The notes under the pieces were generated by a model that was not told where the DNA came from, made no database searches, and was given only the letters and a program-made list of their open reading frames with translations. A stretch of DNA of 64,000 bases from Azolla caroliniana (Eukaryota > Plantae > Polypodiophyta): positions 5,270,001-5,334,000 of the forward strand of contig JBHGNT010000009.1 in NCBI GenBank assembly GCA_043228905.1, in the 5' to 3' direction. Shown here in pieces: positions 1-10,801 of this stretch (the stretch's first letter is position 1; every line of letters begins with the position of its first letter). The position numbers and the translations under genes were made by a program.

Positions 1-343
1 CCCATATAATCTCCCCCTCTTGCATAATAACATATTGAGCCCTTCCAGGAATGATCACTTGTTTTTGTATAATGGATGGAATCCACCTCTGAGAAATAGC
101 CATACAAACCCCACCACGGACTTCCGTGTTGCCTATCGCGGGGGACCAAAACATGTCCCAATTTCCAGATAAAATAGAACCATACCGAGAAATTCTAAAA
201 GTATTTAAATGATGTTCTTGTATTAAAAGAAAGTCGAGGGATCCACCCACTATGCATTTGTTAATTTCTTGACGGAGACGATACTTGTATCGTCTATATA
301 AGGGGCCCCCTAACCCCTGAACATTCCATGACATCACTCGCAT
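1..343 (-). CDS. L1 LINE ORF2, N-terminal APE-type endonuclease (runs off the left edge)
   Basis: Manual translation from the ATG at 343-341: MRVMSWNVQGLGGPLYRRYKYRLRQEINKCIVGGSLDFLLIQEHHL... The SWNVxG and L.QE motifs are those of LINE APE endonucleases. Open to base 1. Confidence 0.9.
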   Translation of the reverse strand, partial: MRVMSWNVQGLGGPLYRRYKYRLRQEINKCIVGGSLDFLLIQEHHLNTFRISRYGSILSGNWDMFWSPAIGNTEVRGGVCMAISQRWIPSIIQKQVIIPGRAQYVIMQEGEIIW

Positions 344-2143
344 TTAAGGGAACTTAGGTTGCTGTGATGCCATTTTCATGTTTTTCGCTAACGGCTCAAG
401 ATTGGCCTCACTACCATCTTGTTCACCACTTTTCGATTGTAAAGGTATCGTATCGCGTACCATTCTATAATGATGATGAGCTTTAGCCAATATTTGACCT
501 TCCGATAGTCCATCTTCATGGATATAGGTATATCCACAATTTGGAAGGATCTCAGCATCTAAGGATACCACCACTTGCCTTCGCCCCATCACATCAGACA
601 CTGGCAAGAGTTGTATAGTTGCTGCCTCTAGTCCCCTTAATAATACTTCCCCAAAATTGTCACAATTAACATATTTTGCGAAGTGTAATGTTTGTTGTCT
701 AATAACCAATCTAACATCCGCTGCCACCCATGTTTGTTTATCATATCCACAAAAAGGGAAAGAAAATCCTACAAAAGATTGCATAGACTTGAAAAGAACA
801 TGAACACGTATTGATGCACTGCCATTATCAACTATGTCTCCCAAAAATTTCAAAAACTCAAACCCATATGTGGCATTCCATCGATTGATTGCAAAATCAC
901 TAGTACTTTCTACTTGAGAATTTATCGGGATTGTGCGAATGAAGTTCGCATTTAACCCTCTCAAGCTAGACGAACGTTTTGTAGATCTGTGAAGGTTTCG
1001 CGATACATTACTCAAGTTCAAATGTTGTTTACTTGATTCCATTGTTTTGCTCTGAGTGGCCATAACAAGATTATTAACTGATTCAGTCCCTTCTCTATTA
1101 GGAGTAGATTGTTCAGAAACATTACTAATTTGGCATATCTGAACATCATTTTGAGACAAAGAGTTATCTAGTTCCTGTATGGCATCATAACGGCCTATAC
1201 TTACATGAGCACCCTTAGATTCAATGCATTTATTGGGTATTGAGTGCCGTTTTTCAATTGGTTTCCATATCTCATCCTCGAATGTTTGGATATTTTTCCC
1301 TTTTTCATCCTTGGATGGCTGAACATTTTTCCCCTTTCCACTTCCTCCACCTAAATGAGATTGTTGCTTCTTATCCAGATTAACATGGTTAACGTCTGTA
1401 TACACGTTATTTGTACCATTCTGGGGTCTAACCCCGTTCTTCTTTTTTGGGCAATCTTTCAAAACATGGCCTTGCTGTTTACAATAAAAGCATTGTCCAG
1501 GCATACCTATATACTCCAATTTTTGCATGAATGTCGAGTTCCCGGTAAGCGATGGTAAAAGTACCTGAGTAGGTAAATTTTCTATTGAGGAAACTAGTAT
1601 TCGAATTGATGGGTATCCCGTTAATTTCATTCCTATTGTCTCCTCTCGAGGAGGAAGAATCGTGCCGATTCTTGCTGCAATTGATGGGAGTACAGCCATG
1701 TATTCCTTAGGGATTCTCGGGAAAACCACGGAAATCGGGGTCAAACGATGCCCCGAATTCAACATTTCAACGGGATCAAAGCCCGGTTTCCACGGCATAA
1801 AACAAGCTATTGCATTTCGAATGTTAATCGTATTTGCATTCAACATTACCACAACGGATTCAGCGGTATCCAATTCTAAATGATAGAAAGCATGTCCAAG
1901 AAATTGCACATCGACGATTTTTCCGATCCTATGTTGGAAAGCCGCTTGTAGGAGATCTCTCAAATCTCCTCTATTTGGCCTTAAACCTATAATCCTACAC
2001 ACTATTGAGTAGGAATGTAGACGACTTACCTCTCTTTTCAATATCTCTTCTTCTTCCGGTGTGAAGACGACAGTGAAGGCCGACCGTGGAGGAGTTGTCG
2101 GGGGCGCTGCGTGAGAGTTCCCCTGGTGTACCGTGTCAGCCAT
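344..2143 (-). CDS. L1 LINE ORF1 (DUF4283-like RRM region + CCHC zinc knuckle + extra C-terminal domain)
   Basis: 599-aa intact ORF with a plant-L1 ORF1-like N-terminus (VQFLGHAFYHLEL...FMPWKPGFDP) and knuckle CFYCKQQGHVLKDC, lying directly upstream of an endonuclease ORF. Confidence 0.88.
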   Translation of the reverse strand: MADTVHQGNSHAAPPTTPPRSAFTVVFTPEEEEILKREVSRLHSYSIVCRIIGLRPNRGDLRDLLQAAFQHRIGKIVDVQFLGHAFYHLELDTAESVVVMLNANTINIRNAIACFMPWKPGFDPVEMLNSGHRLTPISVVFPRIPKEYMAVLPSIAARIGTILPPREETIGMKLTGYPSIRILVSSIENLPTQVLLPSLTGNSTFMQKLEYIGMPGQCFYCKQQGHVLKDCPKKKNGVRPQNGTNNVYTDVNHVNLDKKQQSHLGGGSGKGKNVQPSKDEKGKNIQTFEDEIWKPIEKRHSIPNKCIESKGAHVSIGRYDAIQELDNSLSQNDVQICQISNVSEQSTPNREGTESVNNLVMATQSKTMESSKQHLNLSNVSRNLHRSTKRSSSLRGLNANFIRTIPINSQVESTSDFAINRWNATYGFEFLKFLGDIVDNGSASIRVHVLFKSMQSFVGFSFPFCGYDKQTWVAADVRLVIRQQTLHFAKYVNCDNFGEVLLRGLEAATIQLLPVSDVMGRRQVVVSLDAEILPNCGYTYIHEDGLSEGQILAKAHHHYRMVRDTIPLQSKSGEQDGSEANLEPLAKNMKMASQQPKFP

Positions 2144-2235
2144 CTCTTCCTCTTCGTCTACAGTGATCTATACATGCATATGTTTCCCCTGTTTCCTCTG
2201 TTTTTCTCCCTCCTTCATAACTTCAGCCAACATCG

Positions 2236-2577
2236 TCAATGATCATCCCATCCCTCTTTCTTCTTCCTTTCCTTCCTTCTTCCCTTCCTTTTCCTATTCT
2301 CTCTCTCTGTGAGGGTCTCTCTCTCTCTCTCTCTCTCTCTCTCCCAAGCACCAATGTATGTAATAATCCCTAAACGCCATTTCTCTTCTTGTTTCCCTTT
2401 CAAAATATTATTTTTTGTGTACACAAAGGAAAATGGTTCATAAAATATACCATCCTCAATTATTTCCAATCGGACCTTTGCATATGTAAGAGTTCCTCTC
2501 ACACTTACAATGCCCAAAGGTTTATCTTCATCATCCCTCTCATGTTCAAACACTTCAATGATAGATTCTTCATCCAT
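2236..2577 (-). pseudogene. Small spliced ORF with a ubiquitin-like/beta-grasp-looking domain, probably TE-borne, degenerating in a (GA)n tract
   Basis: MDEESIIEVFEHERDDEDKPLGIVSVRGTLTYAKVRLEIIEDGIFYEPFSFVYTKNNILKGKQEEKWRLG. An acceptor tgtgtAG (2582-2581) sits 3 nt before the ATG, and a donor CAG|GTAC is at 3544/3543. Confidence 0.45.
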
Positions 2578-2599
2578 TATCTACACATAGAATGGCCCA

Positions 2600-2742
2600 C
2601 CAATCACTTTTCATATAACCATACATCATATATATGTGTGAATGTGTGCATTGTGAATGTGTTATACATGTGTGATGTGTGTGTATGTATGTTCCATACA
2701 TCATATTTGTTTGTATGTGGTATGCATGTGTGTTGTGTGTTA

Positions 2743-2802
<60 letters not shown>

Positions 2803-3120
2803 CATGTTCCATACATCATATATGTTTGTATGTGGTATGCATGTGTGTGTGTGTGTGTGCGCGCGCGTCTATGTATGTATGTACATATTGTGTTATGTAT
2901 GTATATGTGTATGTATGTACATGTATTGTATTGTATTTTATTTAATTGCATTTTGTGTGTGTGTGTATATGTACATATCGTGTTATGTGTGTATATGTGT
3001 ATATAGATATTGTATAGATTGTATTGCATGTGTATATAGGTATGTGTGTATTATGTACAGATTGTATTGTATTGTATTTAATTGCATTTATTGTAAGTAT
3101 GGCATGTGTGATGTGTATTA

Positions 3121-3153
<33 letters not shown>

Positions 3154-3385
3154 TACATACAACATATATATGTGTCTATCTGTATGTATATTCTACACGT
3201 GTGTGTGTGTGTGTTTATGTATGTATTATATTGTATTCCATGTGTATGTATGTATGTGTGTACATATTATATTGTATGTATGTGTTATATGTGTATATAG
3301 GTATGTGTGTATGTATGTCCATATTGTATTGTATTGTATTAATTTCATTTATTGTATGTATGGCCTATGTATATGATCGTATATG

Positions 3386-3459
<74 letters not shown>

Positions 3460-6294
3460 ATGTGTGTGTGTCTCTCTAAGAATTTATGTGTTGGTTTACG
3501 TATGTGTGCATTATGTATGTATGATGTTTGTACTTGTGTGTACCTGAGAGTAGTTGTGGCAACCCCAACAAAGAATAATGGTGAGCAAAAGCGGCACGAC
3601 AAGGCGAATGGCGGCAAAGCGAGGACAAAAGCAACAAGGGGAGAAGAGGCGATGGTGGCAATGAGGAGAGAAGAGGAGGGAGCAAAGCAAGAGGCGGCAA
3701 AAATCTAAATTAAAAAAACATGAATGTTATGTTTAGTATGAATGTATGTTATGTATGTGTGTGCACGTAATGTATCCATGTATGAATGAATGTGTGTGTT
3801 GTGTGTGTGTGTAATGCATGCATAAAATATGTATGTTTGCATGAATTAACATGAATGAATGAATATATGAATGTACATATATAATATGTAATGTATGTAT
3901 ATTTGTATGTGTATGCATATATGTGTGTGTGGATATTTGTTTGTAATATGTAAGTATGTGTATGTACATGTAGCAATGTATAAAAGACTATATGTATGTC
4001 CATGTACAAATGTACATATGTGTATGCATATGCAGATGTACATTATTCGATGTGTATGGATGTGTGATTGTAATATATGCATAATGTGTATGTATATGTA
4101 GCAATGTATAAATGAATATATGTATGTCCATGTACGAATGTACATATGTGTTTGCATATATCCATATGTAATGTATGTGTATGTATAAAAGACTATATGT
4201 ATGTCCATGTACGAATGTACATATGTGTATGCATGTATGCATATGCAAATGTACATGATTTAATGTGTATTGATGTGTGATTGTAATATGTGCATAATAT
4301 CTATGTATATATCTAATGTATGTATGTGTAGCAATGTATAAATGAATATATGTTTGTCCAACAATCCATGTACGAATGTACATATGTGTATGCCTATATC
4401 CATATGTAATGTATGTATGTATGGATGTATGGATGTGTGATTCAATGTGTGTATGTATGTGTATGCATATATGCATATGCAAATGTACATGATTCAATGT
4501 GTATGGATGTGTGATTGTAATATGTGCATAATATTTATGTATATATCTAATGTATGTTTATGTAGCAATATATAAATGAATATAGGTATGTCCATGTACG
4601 AATGTACATATGTGTATGCATATGTAATGTATGTATGTGTATGCATATATATGACAATGTACATGATTTAATGTATATGAATGTGTGATTGTAATATATG
4701 CATATGCAATTGTATGTATGTACATGCATGAATGTACATATGTAATATGTAATGTATGTATGTTTGTATGTGTAATAGTGTATGCATATATGCATACGTG
4801 AGTGTGTAAATGTTTGATCGTAATATTTATGTATGTGTATGTATATATGTATGTATTGTAGTTTGTGATGATATGCATGTACATATGTAATGTATGTATG
4901 TGTATGTAATGTATTGATGTGTATGCACGTATGTAATGTATGTATATATGTGTATGGATGTATGTTTGTAAAACTTATAACATTGTAGGCATATGTACAT
5001 ATATATGTGGTGATATGCGGAATATGTATGTACATATGTAATGTATGTATGTGTATGCATATATGTATATGTCAATATACATGATTCAATGAGTATGAAT
5101 GTGTTTGTAATATGTGCATAATATGTATGTATATATCCAATGTGTGTGTGTGTATGTGGTCATATGTATGTAAATGTATGAATGTATGTACGTGTATATA
5201 TGTAATGTATTTATGTATGTATATTTTTGGGATATTTTCATGTTTAGTATGTATATGGCTCTTATATGGATGTATGTTTGTAATATGCATGTATATATCC
5301 AATGTATGTGTAAGTATACATATATCTAATGTGTGTGTGTATGTAAGTATTGTGGTTTGTATGGTCCAGTATAATATATATATATATATATATACATATG
5401 GTGATACGTGGAATATGTATGTACATATGTAATATGTCTATGTATGTATCGATATATGTATATATGTAATTTATGTATGTGTAAATTTGTATATTGTGTA
5501 ATAGGTATGGATTATATGCTATGTAATATCTAATTTATTTATGTGTGTGTGCACGTGTATATATATGTAATATATGTAACTTGTTTGTACGTATGAAGAT
5601 TTGTATATATATAGTATGTAATCTTAGGTATTAATATGTATGTGTATGTGTATATATATAATATGTAATTATTTTTTGTGTGTTTTGTATGTATATATGC
5701 ATTTGTGTACATATATATGTAACATGTAATTTTATTGTATGTATTATGTATATATGTATGTCAATATATAAGGCTGATTCTAATCCGTATGAGTATGTAA
5801 TGCATGTATGTATGTGTATGTACATATTTACATATGGTAATATATATTTGTACATATATTTATGTTTAGTCAATATGCATGTATAAATGGGTGTAATGTA
5901 TGTATATACATATTCATGGATGTAATGTTTGAATGTAGGTATATATGCATGTGCGATGTGTGATATATGAATGTAGGTATATATGCATGTGTGTTATGTT
6001 TGTGTGTGTATGTATGTACATATTGTATTGTATGTATGGAATGTGTGTATATTAATATGTAATTTATTTTTTTGTGTTTGGTTGGTATATTTGCATTTGT
6101 ATATAATTGTGTGTATAATAATATATGTGTGTAATATGTAATATATAAAATATGTTTGTAAGGATGTGTATGTATATATGTAATATGTAATTTTTATGTA
6201 TGTATTATGTATATATGTATGTCAATATATATGGCTGATTCTAATATGTAGTATGTAATGCATGTATGTACATATTTACATATGGTAATATATA
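2600..6294. repeat. Compound (TG)n/(TATG)n/(TA)n low-complexity tract with degenerate higher-order repeats
   Basis: Directly visible. Recurring units include tccatgtacgaatgtacatatgtgt, and 5740-5850 is repeated at about 6200-6294. Confidence 0.95.
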
Positions 6295-7463
6295 CATGAG
6301 GATACATGTCGGAAGGTCCAGGAAAAAGTATCGAATGTTGGAGACGGTTTATGTCATTGCTAATGCAAGACCAAGCCAACATCCTTCATGGAATCAGGGG
6401 CGGATGGGCTATGAGATCTAAAATCATTAACGCTCTACTCATTAGGGAAGTTGCTCATCAAAGGACGACAACGGAGAAATGGATAGGCGAAAAGGAGGAG
6501 GGCTCTTTGCTCCCAAGAGGTAGGGACACACCGGACAGGATCGAAGGCTCTAAACTGCAGGACAACGAGGCATCAACACAACGTAAGGCAATTCGAGTAC
6601 TAGCATATACTGGGCATAAATGGATTGTAGATCCTGATCCGATCAAAGTACAACCAGATTGGCACATATGTACTCATGAAAACACATGACTACATAAGGT
6701 CAGTTGGGACCCTTTGCAATGGACATGGTGTGATCCTTATGCAGGGCAAGGAAGCAAACCTATCCCTTTCTTTCAATTCACAACTAGATTGGGTTGCCAT
6801 ATTATAGCCGCTCAATCTGCCTGAGATCCGGTAGCTGCAAAGGTTTGGAAAACATATCATGTTCCTAACACAATTATCACCAAGTTTTGGTAGAAACTCT
6901 GAAAACAACAACACCTGAGGCGAATCACCACTTTCCAATGGTTGTTAATACATAAGTCACTACCGGTTGGTGCATGGCAGTGTGGGAACCTCAGCTCTCC
7001 TAATTGTGTAGTGTGTCCAACTGTAGTAGAATCAATACGACATGCTCTATGGGACTGCCCAGAGTCCCATCGAATATGGCGGGGGGTTGGCCGCTTATTG
7101 CAATTATGCCAGGTGCAAGGCTCAATCAAGTGGGGGAATGTATGTTGGCTATCATGGCAAGCCCTAGTTGACAGATATGAGAATCAGGAAGAGGGGATGA
7201 CTTTGGTTATAAAAGTACAAGAGGTTTTTTTCTCCACCATCGACAATGTCCACTCAACTCCTATCAATGCCAAATCTCAAGTTGTGTTGGAATTGGTCAG
7301 CCCAATAACTCTTTGGATTCTATGGAAACAACGGTGTAGACGGGTCTTCTCCAACCAAACCGTGCAACCAATTGTGTTAATGCAAGAGATATGGAGTGAA
7401 GTGGTAGCCACTCTAAAGAACCAATATGATGGCCTCAAGGGTGACTCCGATGGAGTTGAAAGA

Positions 7464-7843
7464 TGTAAAGAATCAAGAGATGGATTCTTGTGAAGCGGAA
7501 GAGATGTGAGTTATGTGTGTGTGTAAGAGAGAGAGAGAGAGAGAGTGAAACATAGAGAATATGCAAGGTAAAAGTATATTAACAAAGGAGAAAGACTCAA
7601 CACACTACAAGGTGGGAGGAGGGTGCTTTATATAGTCACCCTCTCTCTTCATTAACTACAAGGCCCATGGAGCATGGGGAATGTGAAAGCTCATAAGTTA
7701 TGTGTCATAGAATATGATTCTATGACTCATACTAAATGCTAGAATACAAAGAGGTGACTTAATGGTGACTCTTGCCATTGGAGTGTCTATTCACTCTAAA
7801 GGTGAGTTCACACACTAGACCAAGTTGAGCTTGATTCTCAACA
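7464..7843 (-). repeat. 3' LTR of the copia element
   Basis: Near-identical to 12554-12946 (about a dozen substitutions by eye, plus a microsatellite length difference). PPT adjacent. Confidence 0.95.
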
Positions 7844-7857
7844 CGCCCCCTCAAGCT
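7844..7857 (-). other. Polypurine tract
   Basis: AGCTTGAGGGGGCG on the minus strand, immediately before the 3' LTR. Confidence 0.85.
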
Positions 7858-8091
7858 AAACTCGGGTCGGTTTCAGACTGTATCTGAAATCCGCTTCGAC
7901 TCGCGTTCCGGAGTCCGCGTCGACTCGTGTCGACTCACTTTGTGCGGAGTTGTGGAATCCGTGCTCCAGCTTGCGTTGTGCGTAGTTGCGAAGTCTGTGC
8001 TTCGGCTTGCGTCTTTCTTCGCGGCTTTGCGAGGTAGATCGGCTCTTCGCGACTTCGTTGCATAGTGTGCGCGGCTTGCGGAATCCACGCG

Positions 8092-10801
8092 TTATTGCAT
8101 AATGTCTTCAGTACTCCCCCTCAAGCTTGGCAGGTCAGGGATCGTCAATCCGAGATCGGTCATGAAGTGCCACAGCTTGTCGGCTCCTAAGGCTTTAGTG
8201 AAGATGTCAGCCGTTTGAAGATTTGTCTTAACGTGTTGTAGGTCGACATCGCTAGCTAGAACGCACTCTCGGATGAAGTGATAGTGCACTTCGATGTGCT
8301 TTGTCCGCGCGTGGAACACCGGGTTCCGAGCCAGATAGATATTGCTCATGTTGTCGTAGTACAGGGAAGTCGGATCCTTGATGGGTAAGCCCAGATCCTT
8401 CAAAATCCTCTTGAGCCATACGGCTTCACACGCAGCTACGGTAACGCCCCTGTATTACGCCTCCGTACTCGAAAGAGCGACGATAGGCTGCTTCTTGCTA
8501 CTCCAGGATATTGCTCCACTGCCAAGGGAGAAAACAAATCCGGAGGTTGATCTTCTATCGGCTTTGTAGCCGACCCAATCGGCGTCGGTGTACCCCTCGA
8601 GTCGTATTGGCATCGCAGTCTTGTAGAGGATGTCGCAATCCATTGTGCCGTTCACATATCGTAGAACTCGTTTAGCGCAATCCAAGTGAGTATCATGCGG
8701 TGTTTGCATGAATTGACTAAGGAGACCGACTGGATAACTAAGATCGGGTCGAGTGATAGTGAGGTAGATGAGACTCCCGATGAGTTGCTGATACTGAGTC
8801 GGCTCACACGCTTTGGTGCCAGAGTTCGCATCAAGTTTGAGATCGAGCGGAGTTGCCACGGATTTGCACTCAGCCATTCCAAACTTGTATAACAAGTTGA
8901 GGATGTAGTGCCGTTGAGAGATCATGATTCCGGTAGGAGTCCGAATTACCTTGATGTCGAGGAAGTAGTGGAGCTCCTTCATGTCCGTCATCTCGAACTT
9001 GTCGGAAAGGAGGGATTTGACCTTATTGATTTCGACGAGATGCTCACCTCCAATGACTAGGTCATCCACATATAAGATGATGACGATCGGACTTGCGGAA
9101 TCGCTTCGTATGTAGAGGGAGTTGTCCGATTTTGACATACGGAATTCGATTTAATGAAGATATTGCGTTATCTTCGAATGCCAAGCATGCGGTGCTTGTT
9201 TGAGGCCGTAGAGTGGCTTCTTGAGTCAGCATACAACTTTCGAATGGGTGCTCAAGTTGAAGTCAAGTGGTTGTATCATGTACACCTCCTCTTCTAATTC
9301 GCCTTGTAGAAAGGCGTTCTTGACGTCCATTTGATGGAGGTGCCACCCTTTCACCGCGGCAAGCGCAATTACGGTCCGCACCGTTGTCATCTTGGCCACC
9401 GGGGCAAAGGTCTCCTCGTAGTCAACTCCGTGCGTTTGGGCGTATCCTTTCGCTACGAGTCGAGCTTTGTAGCAGTTTACGGAGCCATCGGTGTTATACT
9501 TGACCTTGTAGATCCATCTACATCCGATCGCCTTTTTGTGTGGTGAGGTGGGAACGAGATCCCACGTCTCGTTCTTCCGTAGTGCCTGCATCTCCTCGTT
9601 CATTGCTTCGATCCATCGCGGGTCCTTCGCGGCTTCCGAAAAGGTTTCCGGATCCCGTACTGTTGCTACCTTCATCATAAAGGCGTAATGGTACGCCATA
9701 TAATTGTTGTAGCCAAATCGGCTTATGGGGTTCTTTTCACGGGTGGAGCGGCGGAGTTTTTCATTTGCAGAGATGAGGGCATTCTTAGCTCCGATTGGTA
9801 CCTCGAAACCGCCGAACTCACTGTCGAGTGAGTGAGTTGACTCATCGTCGTTGAAGCGATCATCTTCGTATTCTGACATTTTCGCCTTGCCTTTGTCCAT
9901 CTTCGGGCTAGGCCGTGATGTGCTTTGATCGCTCAAAGGCTCTTGTGGTCCGCTCAATCAGGTCGTGATCGGACTTTCTTCGAATATGCATGTAAGGCGT
10001 TCTTCATCCTTGATCTCTTGTTCGGCGAATTCTGGGTCGAGCGGAGTCGGAGTCGGAGTTGTCTCTAGTGCGTACCAGGATGCGAACTCATAAAAAACGA
10101 CGTCTCGACTTACTCGAGATTTTGAAGTTGAAGGGTTGTAGCACTTGTACTCCTTTTGCTCGGTGAGTATCCTACGAGGATACATTTCTCTGACTTCGGG
10201 TCAAGCTTTTGACACTTCTCGTCGGGGATGTGCACATATGCTATCGCGCCGAATATCCGAATGTGCGATAAGTCCGGCTTCTTTCCGAAGTATTTTTCGT
10301 GCAGAGTGACCTTGTGCACGCCGGATGTTGTGCACCGGTTCATTAGGTAGACGGTCGTATTTGCAGCTTCGGCCCAATATGACTTGGGCATATGCTTCTC
10401 GTTCATCATGGCCCACGCTACTTCGAGGATGTGCCGATTTTTGCGCTCGGCTACTCCGTTTTGTTGCGGAGTGTGTCGGCAAGTGAATTCTCACCGAATT
10501 CCTTCCTTTAGGAGATACGCCGTGAAGTCGTCCGAGAAGTACTCCTTGTCGCCATCCGATCGAAGACAACGTACATGTCTGCCCATGGCTTTCTCGACTT
10601 CATTCTTGAAAGTTTGGAAGTGTCCGAACACTTCGCTCTTTTGCCGCATCGGGTAGATCCAAGTGTGCCTAGAAAGTCGTCAATGAAGAGCACGTAATAT
10701 CGGCATCCACCGAATGTCGTCGTTTGAGCCGGACCCCATACATCGGAATGAATTACGTCGAGTACGCCTTTGCTCACTTTCCGCTCCTTCGGAAATGGGT
10801 G
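8092..10801 (-). pseudogene. copia pol: integrase, reverse transcriptase and RNase H, with frameshifts and stops
   Basis: Integrase IHSDVWGP and [38 protein letters not shown] and LYVDDL. RNase H YTDADW, SSTEA, HARTKHIEVHYHF and ADIFTKAL. These are spread over several frames. Confidence 0.93.

Larger units (their letters stand above)
1..2167 (-). mobile_element. L1-clade LINE, 5' portion
   Basis: ORF1 plus the start of ORF2. A short purine-rich leader precedes 2143. The 5' boundary is approximate, and the TSD cannot be checked because the 3' end is outside the window. Confidence 0.82.

Noticed and set aside
2389-6382. Many ORFs rich in C/V/M/Y or H/T/I
   Set aside because: They are translations of TG/TATG microsatellites that lack stop codons by composition. 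The same applies at 22865-23318, 41798-42023 and 43961-44666.
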